From: a bacterium | Lineage (GTDB): Bacteria; SAR324; NAC60-12 | Reading direction: 5' to 3' | Assembly: GCA_965233585.1 (NCBI GenBank) | Contig: CBDDTI010000093.1 | Span: forward strand, 1-18,272 | DNA length: 18,272 nt | In this document: positions 1-9,310 of the stretch, piece by piece | Layout of the letters: the number at the start of each line of letters is the position of its first letter | Position numbering within the stretch: position 1 is the stretch's first letter | Notes under the pieces: generated by a model | Told to the model about the DNA's origin: nothing | Seen by the model: the letters and a program-made list of their open reading frames with translations, nothing else | Database searches by the model: none | Position numbers and translations under genes: made by a program

Positions 1-1479
1 TGGCGAAGAAGGGGGAACTTAAAGCTGTCATCTTTACACAAGTCCGATACCAAAGCATCGAGACTCGAAGGGATGTGTTCCAAAGAATCTTTTATTTGAA
101 ATCGACCGATGGAAAGCGTTCTAAATTTTTCCTCATTCCTGGCCATAATTTTGGCTTTGGTTTCCAGTTTTTCCACTAGTAAGTTTATGTCATATCTGAA
201 AAATGGATGCGAAAAAAAGTTTTTTTTGTTTCGCCATTTTTTCCGAGCGTATAAAACATTTATCATCATACCCTTGAGCGTTGTGAAAATATAATGGCGT
301 CAAATAGGGCCCCTGCCGTTGAAGATTGCAAATGGAGTGTGCGGCCTCGATGATTTTCCCCGAAACATGATCGTGGTCCACCACTTTTCGATATCGAAGA
401 GATTGGTTGTCAAACGGTTTTTCGCAAATGTGACAGGTTTTGGCTCGGCGGTAAGTGAGCCATTCTTCGGGTGAAGCCACTATTTGACTCACTTTTTTAA
501 ATCTCTGTTTTCTTTCTGCCACCAATTGTTCGTAATATTCTAATTTCTCTAAAAAACGTTCAACCGCATCCTCTCCGCTATATGTTTCTTGATAAAAAAC
601 CTCGTTTTCCGAGTCCACGAAACAAATGGAATAGGCGCAAGCTCTGTGTTTGCATTGTTCTACACTGGCGGAGGTATCACACTGGCACGAAATTGGGTTT
701 TTATCACATTTTTTGCATTTCTTCACCCGTTCCTGTTCGTTTTTTTCCATAAAACATTCGAAATCGGCGAATCCTATTACCGGAGCCTTGAACGCGTTTT
801 TCTGATTTTGATAATTTATGGTATCGCCTTCATTCGGGTAAACGATTGTTTGCTTGTCGTTCTGACAGTATTGCCGATGAGAGTCTTTTTTTGTTTTTGA
901 TCGAAATCGAAGCAGGCACGTTTCGCAGTAGTGGCTGTTTATTCTCTTTTTGTTGGACGAACAGCTAAATCTTCTCATGTTGAGATATGCGCTCATGTTT
1001 TTAATTGTAAAAAAGTGATACTCGTGCTCTAGTTGACGCAGGCTAGAAAAAGATTCCGTTTTAATTCCGTCCGGGTCAGCCTTCTTGTACAAGCGGTCAT
1101 ATTTGAACATTAGCAAATTTAAAATGTTTTTTGTTTTGTTCTTATCATTGGTCCGATTGGAAAACGTGTCCAGAACACTCACTCCGTTTTCGTCGTCAAA
1201 AAGCACTCTAATGTTTAGTTTTAAATGTTTATTTTTTTGCACGAATTTGTTGATCTGTCTGTATTGTAGGGGAAACTTTATCCCATCGAAATTAAATTGA
1301 TCTAGATAGTGCGCGGGAATGTTTTTAAAATGAGTAATATGACCCGTTTCAAGAGGCCATAAATGTCGAACCACGCAATATAAAAAGTTTTTCTCGTCGT
1401 ACACAAAGTTCCATTTTATACTTTTACATTTCAGAAGTGATTTTGGAACGATGATTGATTTTGAATACGGTGGCTTCAT
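1..1479 (-). CDS. Protein-primed family B DNA polymerase, N-terminal part (vOTU-like domain, C2H2 finger, 3'-5' exonuclease, inserted HNH/EndoVII-like Zn module); disrupted near 190
   Basis: Motifs FNFDGIKFPL, HFFTIKNMSAYL, CETC..H...C, ExoI FADFEC, CHICEKPF..KVVDHDHVSG..AAHSICNL, ExoII YFHNAQGYD. After the TGA at 192-190 the same frame resumes as IMARNEEKFRTLSIGRFQIKDSLEHIPSSLDALV, the expected pPolB continuation, and runs off the window edge. Confidence 0.92.
196..271 (-). other. Probable 76-nt GT-AG intron in the pPolB ExoII motif
   Basis: Minus strand CAAGG|GTATGA...CATTTTTCAG|ATATGAC. Splicing gives HNAQGYDINLLV, and the size matches the element's other introns (72-79 nt). Confidence 0.6.
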
Positions 1480-1499
1480 GTTTTGTCTTTTATCACTCG

Positions 1500-2159
1500 T
1501 TAAAAAGAAGAATCGTAGGGGGGATTGTACAATAATATATCACAATATCTAAGATTTTGAAAACGCCAACCCGATCCTCTGGTTAATAAATCTTTCTCCC
1601 TGCTCATAATTCCCCTAAACATCGATCTTATCTTGCTTCTACGCTGTCTTTCGCTTTGATGCCCGTTTAACAGGAGACCTTTTGATCGTAAGGTAAAAGT
1701 ATCATTATCCGCGCTTTTTCCCCTTGTTTCCTCCTCCTTGTTCAAAACGGGGATTTCATAATCGGCAAAAAGAGCAATGCTCATTCGAAAAACGGTTCTG
1801 ACGGCTATTTGACTCTTAACCAAATTATTTATCAGACTAACCGTGTGATTGGAGGAGCAAAATTTAGCCAATGATGCGTTATTTCCCTCTAATGACATTC
1901 GGTAAATAACCACCTTTCGGGAAATTGAGCTCTCTGAAGTAAAAGGGAGTAAAGATCGATGTTGAGGCGACCACATGTGTTCAATTAATTGGTTTTTATT
2001 TTGAAAATAAAGCTCGCAAAATGGGCAATCTTTTCTTGAAGATGAGGACTGGAGGACGGTTTGCTCTTCATTGGATGGATGTTTTTTTCTCAAGTGTTTG
2101 TTTAAATTGTTTTTTCGAGAGAAAAAAATATCACACCTTTCACATTTATATCTTTTCAT
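1500..2159 (-). CDS. Two C2H2 zinc fingers plus GSGW-motif domain (terminal-protein-like region normally at the pPolB N-terminus)
   Basis: CERC..HLRKKH and CPFC..HMWSPQH fingers. C-terminal LLTRGSGWRFQNLRYCDILLYNP matches the conserved GSGW segment that precedes the vOTU domain in Polinton polymerases. Confidence 0.8.
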   Translation of the reverse strand: MKRYKCERCDIFFSRKNNLNKHLRKKHPSNEEQTVLQSSSSRKDCPFCELYFQNKNQLIEHMWSPQHRSLLPFTSESSISRKVVIYRMSLEGNNASLAKFCSSNHTVSLINNLVKSQIAVRTVFRMSIALFADYEIPVLNKEEETRGKSADNDTFTLRSKGLLLNGHQSERQRRSKIRSMFRGIMSREKDLLTRGSGWRFQNLRYCDILLYNPPYDSSF

Positions 2160-2270
2160 TACTTACTTTTTTTTTACGTCAAAAAAGAATAAAAGATGAC
2201 AAGACAAAATAAAATTCCAAGTTTTTTTTTCCTTCCAATGTTTTATTTTTTAACTCGAGACACGACGATA

Positions 2271-2308
2271 AACTAAGTTGATTCTGAATGATGATTAGAA
2301 TTTATATA
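2271..2308 (-). promoter_or_regulatory. TATA box plus initiator for the TP/pPolB unit
   Basis: Minus strand TATATAAA (2308-2301) followed by TTAGTT (2276-2271). Confidence 0.55.
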
Positions 2309-2387
2309 AGATCTGAGATGAAAGACACAAACACAAAGGAACAAAGGAGGCATTAAATTAAAAAAGGGGAAAAGGAGTCCGCGCGAG

Positions 2388-3482
2388 TCAGAGATGGGGG
2401 TTAATAACCGCATCTATACCTTTACTCACGTTTTTTAGTTCCACCAAGTGGGATGTCAATCGGCTCACGATGTCGTTCAACCGCCTTATCGTATAGCCAT
2501 TTCTAACAAATGCCCGTCCAGAATGAAGAAGGAGTGAAAGGAGGGCCTGACACTCTTCAATTTGATTCTGAACGGTCATGAGTTTTCGAAACGCTAAATA
2601 CTCGCGATTTCTATCGAGAGGCAGCAAACGCTGCATCGCGTCCGCTTGATGCGGGTGAAAGAGGTAAGGGGGTTCGGAGTGGGTTAGGCCGGCATTTCTT
2701 GCTTGAATATGCCCTACCCTTCTTAATTCAAGCATGAAAGCCGATGTATATGACGGTAATTCACCCGTGGGTTGTGGGAGGGAAATATTGTTGTGACTAG
2801 GAGGAGGGTTTAGGTGTGGAGTCGAAATAGGAATTTGACGAGAATTGGTAGCGGCGGCGGGAGTCTGTATCTGTGGATTGTTTAAAACACGAGTGGTTGC
2901 GGTAGTGACGGTCTGTGGTGGGTTAGTCAAATAACGAGAGGTCAACGGTTGGGAGGGGTTGGAGACAAACGTGTTGTTTGAGGTCGAGAGTTGTTGCAGC
3001 GTGGTGGACTGAGAAAAAGGGGTGGAACCTAACGACGCGCGGTATTGAGTAGTTGGGATCGGGTTGTGAGAAAATGTCGTAGAATTTTGAGCGGTGGTGG
3101 TGGTGGTGGAGGATAATGGTAGGGGAGGAGCGTCTAATTGTTGAATTAATAGCGAAGGACGCGATTTCTTCGCCTTAATCTTAGAGGTGTCCTCCTCCTC
3201 CTTTTCATCGATCTTTCTTTTTCTTGATGGAGAAACGGCAATATTAGGATGCTGGCTTTCTTCCTCTATCGATTCCACATCAATGACGGGTTGTGAGGAG
3301 GTCGTCGTCTCAGGATCATCAATTGGGGTGTTTGTGTTTCTAAATAGTCGAAGTTTCATTAACCCTTCTTGAGAGCTTGTATAAGATTCCGACGGGGTTG
3401 TCACGTTGTCGCTAGAAGCGGTAGTGACAGCGGTGGAGGTGGTAGTGGCGGTTGTGATGGTAGTTTTGTCGGACTCGGACAT
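2388..3482 (-). CDS. Ser/Thr/Pro-rich putative nuclear regulatory protein with helical C-terminal domain (364 aa)
   Basis: Long ORF; the likely start is AAACATG at 3482 (MSESDK) directly after a splice acceptor. NLS-like PSRKRK and KAKKSR. No family recognised. Confidence 0.75.
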   Translation of the reverse strand: MSESDKTTITTATTTSTAVTTASSDNVTTPSESYTSSQEGLMKLRLFRNTNTPIDDPETTTSSQPVIDVESIEEESQHPNIAVSPSRKRKIDEKEEEDTSKIKAKKSRPSLLIQQLDAPPLPLSSTTTTTAQNSTTFSHNPIPTTQYRASLGSTPFSQSTTLQQLSTSNNTFVSNPSQPLTSRYLTNPPQTVTTATTRVLNNPQIQTPAAATNSRQIPISTPHLNPPPSHNNISLPQPTGELPSYTSAFMLELRRVGHIQARNAGLTHSEPPYLFHPHQADAMQRLLPLDRNREYLAFRKLMTVQNQIEECQALLSLLLHSGRAFVRNGYTIRRLNDIVSRLTSHLVELKNVSKGIDAVINPHL

Positions 3483-3486
3483 GTTT

Positions 3487-3558
3487 CTATATATCAAAAA
3501 AATTTTTTTTTCGAAAGTAAATAAAAAAAAAATTTCCCTAACATAAAATTTCACTTAC
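3487..3558 (-). other. 72-nt 5'-UTR intron
   Basis: Minus strand AAG|GTAAGT donor, T-rich body, TAG acceptor 4 nt before the ATG. Confidence 0.75.
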
Positions 3559-3630
3559 CTTTCAAGTTTTTTAAGTCCCGAAAATAAAAAAAGTTTTTTG
3601 GTTTATGTGAATTGTTTAACTGTTATGAGA

Positions 3631-3669
3631 GCAATGGTGATATCTGCCACGGCTTATTTTCAATTTATA
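3631..3669 (-). promoter_or_regulatory. TATA box and initiator-like site for the S/T/P-rich gene
   Basis: Minus strand TATAAA at 3669-3664, with TCACCATTGC about 30 nt downstream, upstream of the splice donor. Confidence 0.55.
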
Positions 3670-4296
3670 GCTTTTTTTTCCTTTCCCGAAATTTTGAATT
3701 TGGCGGCTTTACAGTAATCATTAGGAAAAAAAGGCGAACATAATGCGCTGGAAGGTCAGGGTAGAAAAAAGAAAAACGAGGATATGGTACGTAATGATAG
3801 GTCAATTATATGCTTCTAGCTTTTCTTCGAAAGCCTAAAGGACGGGAACTACTTGTTTTTTTCTGGGTTTTTTGCACTCGTTTCTGCTAAAGAGCCTAAC
3901 TAGGAAAAAAGGGAAGAAAATTTCCCTCCTCGTTTTTTGTTATTGATGTTAATGATGCCAAAAAAGTAAATGATGCCTGCGTAAAATAGGTAAATAATTG
4001 TTTTTATTTTAAAAAAACCTAACTGCAACGGGGAAAATGTACGTCGTCTTCTCTATTTCGTTAATTGTTTTTATTTTGAAAATTTAAAAACCTCGGTAAA
4101 AAGAAAAAAAGTGTCTTCCCTTCTTTGATAATTTCGTTTGAGTAAAATTTGAGCGTAATTGGGCGAAAAACCACAGTCGAGAGGAGGAGCAGTGGTCTTT
4201 TTTTCTTTTTTGTCAATTGAAAAAACCAACCGATTATCGTCAATGAAAAGGAGCCTGTAAATAGAAGCGTGTGACTTACTGCACACAAGTCTCGAG

Positions 4297-4334
4297 TATA
4301 AAAAGTCGAAATTGTTGGATAAAAATCATCAGTT
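4297..4334 (+). promoter_or_regulatory. TATA box plus initiator
   Basis: TATAAAA at 4297-4303 and TCAGTT at 4329-4334, upstream of ATG 4410. Confidence 0.65.
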
Positions 4335-4409
4335 CCGGAATAATCGTCATCATTTAAAGACAGACTTTGACTTTTTTTTTGTCTCTCTATATAAGAATTA
4401 TCAAAAATA

Positions 4410-5775
4410 ATGGCTAAAGTAACTGAAAAAGTCATCATCGCCAAATCCGTCGCTGCCAATAATGGCAAAAGGAAAAAAAAAGGTCAGCAGAAGGAAAAGA
4501 AGTTGGAGCAGCAAGACGAAATGGAATTTATCCCGCCGACGAAAAAAACGAGGCAAAACGGGCAAAAAAATGGAAGCGGCGATGAATTCTCTAAAAAACA
4601 AGATTCTATTAGCGCCTCCTCCCCGAAGAATCGTGACCAAAGACATTTCGAATTAAGGCGACGACAGTCGAAAATAATCAACGAGATGAGGAAAAAAATC
4701 GATGATGATGACAAGAAAAAAGCGAAACTCGATGAAGATGATGATGATGAAACTGATGATGAGATGAAACGAAAGAATGAGGAGGATGAAATCGCCGATT
4801 TCATCGACGATGATGACGCATCCGATGACACGACATCCGTTAACACTGACAACAACGACGATATGCAATCCGATACCACCGATGTAAACGATGACAATCA
4901 GGAGGAGGAAGAAGACGAAGAAGACGAAGAAGAAAATGAAGAGGTAAAAAAACTTCCTCCCAAAAAAGAAGTAAGATTTAGAAAAAGGACTCCCGCAAGG
5001 ACTCCTGCTGCTGCTGAAGCCGCCGTCGACTTGACAAAGAAAAAAGCGGTTAAAAGGTACGCCGAACCGGATCAACCTATTTACAAGGTTGACACGATCA
5101 ATTTACCCCCGTCCAGGCAAAAGGAAATTTTTTCCAGCGCCAATGGGTGGGATATCGTCAAGGAGGTACCGACCGTCAATATCGATTACTCCAGATGGCA
5201 AGAAAAACACGGCAGCAGGGAGGCTTATTTTTTCGCCGACGATGGGGTAAGTTTATGCGAAAATGATTAAGAGAATAAAAAAATAATTAAAAGTCTTCTG
5301 ACATTTTCTCATTTACTTTAGTACATTTACCCGAACGGAACCACGATGAAAAAATTCATCGAAGCTCTCAAGAACAAAGAGGTGGACTTGGAACACATCA
5401 GTCTGCCTTTCACGCCGATGAGTAAATCCGTCTCCACGAACCCCCTGATCAAGATAGGGGTCACGGGTGTTCGTCACCTGCAGCGGGCCGGGGGACTGGC
5501 CGTCTGGCCAGTGTTTTACATTAGTCAAGTTCAGGTAAGGCGAACGAAAAGTACGACGTCGAAGGATGCCTCCTCGAGTTTAATATTCTTTTTTGTTCTC
5601 TCCCCTTTCGCAGTACAACGACAACAACAAAACTTACCATACCAAGACGATTAAAATTAATTTTCCCTTGCACAAAATGGACGTCATCGCGGAGGGACTC
5701 ATTGAGCTCTGCGCCGGGTTGGACTTTGACATAAACTCCGCCGCGCTCGTGAAAAAGATGAAAAGGACATCATAA
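4410..5775 (+). CDS. Three-exon protein (4410-5246, 5322-5534, 5614-5775; 403 aa) with basic/acidic disordered N-terminus and globular, possibly PC4-like ssDNA-binding C-terminus
   Basis: Phase-0 introns 5247-5321 (GTAAGT..CTGAC..TTTAG) and 5535-5613 (GTAAGG..pyrimidine tract..GCAG) join three ORF-track fragments in frame. AATAAA at 5802. The function is inference only. Confidence 0.85.
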
Positions 5776-5898
5776 GACTCCTTTCTTTGTCAAGAGCAGC
5801 GAATAAAACAAAAAAAATCACCTCCCTTTTTTCTATTTTTTTTTCTTTCATGTAAATATCGTTTCTCGAAAATATACAAAATAAAATCGTCATAGTCG

Positions 5899-6444
5899 TC
5901 ACGACTTATTTATTTTATTACACATCGATTTTATCAAATATTGTACAATTTTTTCGTTAAGGTTTAAATTTTGACGAGAAAAGAAAATTGAAAAATAACG
6001 AGGATCGCAATCGGTATAAAGCGCAACCATCATACAAAAGGCGCCCGCATACCATCCGCAAAAGAGGGAGTTAAAACTCTGCACTGGAACGTTGAGAACG
6101 AGTTTCAACCCATTTCCATTCTTCTTCTTCTTCCACCTTCGCAATAAGTTCATTAAATGGTGATTATGAGCGGGCGGAGGTAGGGCGTAACTGTCGAAAT
6201 ACCAAAGAATTTTCTCTTTGATGTAAACGGCTATAAAATGACCGCTGGACAAATGAGAGGGGGATAAATTGACGATGAAACACTTTCCCGTACGATGAAA
6301 ATTTAATAAATGCGGGGGAACCGCGTCTACGGAATAAACTCCCGCAAAACAAGGATGGCAAAATTGAAGTAAAAATCTTTCCAAGACATCATTTCTTAAT
6401 CCCTCGTTCGTTACGGCCGCCGCCGCCGCCGACTCTTTTCCCAT
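5899..6444 (-). CDS. Adenain-like cysteine maturation protease
   Basis: FAGVYSVD, FIVN...GHFIA (His), YFDSY (Asp), VQSFNSLFCGWY (Gln, Cys); the catalytic set is intact. Confidence 0.93.
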   Translation of the reverse strand: MGKESAAAAAVTNEGLRNDVLERFLLQFCHPCFAGVYSVDAVPPHLLNFHRTGKCFIVNLSPSHLSSGHFIAVYIKEKILWYFDSYALPPPAHNHHLMNLLRRWKKKKNGNGLKLVLNVPVQSFNSLFCGWYAGAFCMMVALYTDCDPRYFSIFFSRQNLNLNEKIVQYLIKSMCNKINKS

Positions 6445-6448
6445 ATTC

Positions 6449-7795
6449 CTATGAATCGGCGACCTCGTCGGTCCTGATCACCTGACCTCCGTTATCAATT
6501 TTCAACCCGGAATTGAAAATGGAGTAGGCCAACAAATAAATGGGGTGAGTTTTTGACGCTTTAAAGCCCAGTTCAACGTCCAACTTTCCCTTTTCGTCCG
6601 GGTGAATATGAAAACTATTACAGCGGTCGGGGGTTAAATCCACCGTCAGAAAACATCGACCTTTCTTAAATGCCTCCTTACTAATGCCGCAAGTATAGTT
6701 TGATATACCGTAGCCGATGCTGTCGTACATGTGTCGATACAAATCTAAATAATTATCGCTGTCGAAATCGGGCTGAAAAGCCTTAGGAAAAACGCATTGA
6801 CCGTTTTTTATCACGTTAAAATGATTCAAGCCGAAATGTTGGAAGTTGAACGGATTATGCGAGCTATGGTGCGACAGGGCCTCGTTGTGAATCATGCACA
6901 TAATGAGCTGTTTGGGGAGAATTTGGGAAGCCACGTTGGTGATCGTATAGGTCGTGACACCGGCCGGAATAACAAAGACCTTAAATTGCGTCATTTTGTA
7001 GGGAATATAACACGGTTCCTGAGCTAGCTTTAGTTTAAAAGTATCTCGCAGTTGCGCGGAGGGTAAAACTTTTCTCATCTTCAGTTTCAAATCCTTCAAC
7101 TTGATGACATATTTTTTAGCGTTCTCGTTGTGAAGAATGCCGAAGTCAGGATTGTTTCTCACCAGCTTAATCTTGATATCTACATTAGGCGGAAGATATT
7201 TATCGGTGTACATGATATCAGCCCCTAAGCGCGAGCAAAAGTATACTTTCTTCCCCTCTTTCACTAGATCTCGACGAGATTTTAAGTTACCATTAGAAGT
7301 GGGATCGTGTTTCTCGATTTCTTCCGGTTCTTCGACGAAATATCCTTCGCTTCTTAATTGGCATTTTTTGTTCTCCAAGTCGTAAGACAACTCCGTTTGA
7401 ATAAAATTTCTAAACGGGTAAGCGTTGGCGGTGCTTACGTCGCAAACTTGCACTCCGTTCAGGTAAATTTCCACTTGGGAAAATAAATTGTAGGCGAAAT
7501 TATTGGCCAGAAAAACCTTATCGGCGGCTTTCACATTCTCGTCCGCCTCCGTTTTCACGACAAAATGTCCGATCAATCTGGTTTGATCTAAAATGTACGA
7601 ACACTCCGCGTCGCGAGGGATCAAGAATTCGACGGGACCTAGGTTGGTTACGCTGGACACGCTGTTGTAAATAACGTCCGATCCCTTGTCCAAACTCACA
7701 TCGACCCCGAGGGGTGAATGCAAATCAAGAGCTTGTTCCATAAGGTCATCTTGCTCGAAACCTAAACCCGCGATACCTCCTCTTTTGTCGGACAT
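6449..7795 (-). CDS. Major capsid protein (double jelly-roll, Polinton PY/hexon-like), copy 1
   Basis: GPVEFLIP, NNFAYNLFSQVEIYLNG, YLPPNVDIKIKLVR, NPFNFQHF, DLTPD are typical Polinton MCP motifs. Confidence 0.9.
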   Translation of the reverse strand: MSDKRGGIAGLGFEQDDLMEQALDLHSPLGVDVSLDKGSDVIYNSVSSVTNLGPVEFLIPRDAECSYILDQTRLIGHFVVKTEADENVKAADKVFLANNFAYNLFSQVEIYLNGVQVCDVSTANAYPFRNFIQTELSYDLENKKCQLRSEGYFVEEPEEIEKHDPTSNGNLKSRRDLVKEGKKVYFCSRLGADIMYTDKYLPPNVDIKIKLVRNNPDFGILHNENAKKYVIKLKDLKLKMRKVLPSAQLRDTFKLKLAQEPCYIPYKMTQFKVFVIPAGVTTYTITNVASQILPKQLIMCMIHNEALSHHSSHNPFNFQHFGLNHFNVIKNGQCVFPKAFQPDFDSDNYLDLYRHMYDSIGYGISNYTCGISKEAFKKGRCFLTVDLTPDRCNSFHIHPDEKGKLDVELGFKASKTHPIYLLAYSIFNSGLKIDNGGQVIRTDEVADS

Positions 7796-7936
7796 GTTTG
7801 GTCGCGGAACAGGGGGGAAAAAACGCGCGGTGAAAATTGTTTTGATTTTTTTTTTATTTATCTAATAATTTTAACTATTACAATTTTTTACCCTTAAATA
7901 GAGATATATCGCGGTTTATTAAGAAAAAAAGACCGG

Positions 7937-9310
7937 TCAATAAAATTTCTTTAACACCTGTCGATCTTTACCGACCAGAAGAAGGGCGTTGTAAACGGCG
8001 TAAGAAATTAAAGTATAGGCCGATGCGGTCCCTTTTTTAAAAGTCAAATCCAATTCAAGCGAGCCATCTTCCGAGTTGTGGTTGTGAAACGAATGGCATT
8101 TGTCAGGCGTCAAATCGAAAACAAAAAAAGTGTATCCATTTTTGTAATTGTCGAGAGTGACTCGATTTCTGGTGTTGACATTACCCTGAAAATGGTCGTA
8201 CAAGTGCACGTAATCGTCGTTATCGAAATCGCACCGCATGATGCGCGGCAGCAGAGATTTACCGTCTTGTTTCAACATGACGGAACTAATGTTGCAATGT
8301 TGATAGTAAAAGGGAAAAGAGGTAGCGGAATTTTCTTTGGTTAATAACTCGCTAGAGATCAGGGCAAAAACGATCTGCACGGGCATTTTTCTTCCCCCGT
8401 TAAGGAAAGAAGCGCTGTAGCTTAGAGATCCGACGGGGATGTGATAATGCTTTAGCTGAGTGTCCTTGTAGGGTAAAACACAGGGGTCGGGTAAGGCGTT
8501 GATCCTGTTGCGGACGCGAATGGTGGTCAACGCCTTTCGCATTCGTAACTTGACATCTTGCAAGCAAATATTGAACGACTTTGTCGGGGGCACGTGATAC
8601 AAGCCGAATCTAGGATTAAACCTTCGCAATTTTATCTCAATTTCCACATTAGGCGGGAGGTACTTGTCGGAGTAGAATATATCGGCGGGAATGGCGGTGC
8701 TAAAATAAACCTTTTTTCCTTCCAGGATACGTATATAATTGGCCACCGTGTCTTTATTCGAGTTATTCTTGTCCGGCTTACGGGGCGAATCGGCGGCGTC
8801 TTGAGTAAACTTAAGATCAAGATTGCTGTTAAACCTCTCGGTACTGAAGTATCCTTCCGACTTAAAAAGGTAATTGGAAACGGAAAAGGGGTAGGATAAA
8901 GTCACGTCGATGTTGTGCTTGTACGGGTAGGAAACGGGAGCGCTGAGATCGCACACTTGAGTACCGTTCAGATAAATTTCTATTTGGGAAAAAATAGCCG
9001 CCGCATAGTGATTGGTTAAGGCAACCCCGTCATTTTCCGTCACATTTCCCCCATCATCGTCCTTGACCACAAAATAGCCCTCCAGTCGGCTTTGATTTAA
9101 CAAGAAATGACACTCGGGATCGGGAGGGATGTGAAATTCGACATCGCCCTTCTCCTCTACCGGCGAAACGCTGTTGTAGAGAACGGTGCGGCCTGATATT
9201 AAATCCAGTTCTCGTTCCAAAGCCTTGTGCAAATTCAAACTTTCTCCTTTTAGCTCATTAAACTCCACATTCAACCCTCCAATACCGCCGCGAGAGGTGG
9301 CGGAAGACAT
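7937..9310 (-). CDS. Major capsid protein paralog, copy 2
   Basis: Colinear with copy 1: FSQIEIYLNGTQVCDLS, DKYLPPNVEIEIKL, FDLTPDKCHSFH. Start placed at ATG 9310 (MSSATSRGG) by alignment with MSDKRGG of copy 1. Confidence 0.88.
   Translation of the reverse strand: MSSATSRGGIGGLNVEFNELKGESLNLHKALERELDLISGRTVLYNSVSPVEEKGDVEFHIPPDPECHFLLNQSRLEGYFVVKDDDGGNVTENDGVALTNHYAAAIFSQIEIYLNGTQVCDLSAPVSYPYKHNIDVTLSYPFSVSNYLFKSEGYFSTERFNSNLDLKFTQDAADSPRKPDKNNSNKDTVANYIRILEGKKVYFSTAIPADIFYSDKYLPPNVEIEIKLRRFNPRFGLYHVPPTKSFNICLQDVKLRMRKALTTIRVRNRINALPDPCVLPYKDTQLKHYHIPVGSLSYSASFLNGGRKMPVQIVFALISSELLTKENSATSFPFYYQHCNISSVMLKQDGKSLLPRIMRCDFDNDDYVHLYDHFQGNVNTRNRVTLDNYKNGYTFFVFDLTPDKCHSFHNHNSEDGSLELDLTFKKGTASAYTLISYAVYNALLLVGKDRQVLKKFY

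Noticed and set aside
1497..1525. Programmed -1 frameshift joining the TP and polymerase ORFs
   Set aside because: T TTT TAA and T CCC CCC do not fit the canonical X XXY YYZ heptamer and no stimulatory structure was evident; not fully excluded.
3483..3554. N-terminal extension MKFYVREIFF... of the 388-aa ORF
   Set aside because: It lies within a predicted intron; the ATG at 3482 is the better start.
4061..5075. Several minus-strand Ser/Phe-rich ORFs
   Set aside because: Shadows of the low-complexity Lys/Asp/Glu-rich plus-strand gene and of A/T tracts.
9186..9308. N-terminal extension of the TBP-like ORF from a GTG start
   Set aside because: It is antisense to the MCP2 coding sequence and shows no TBP similarity.
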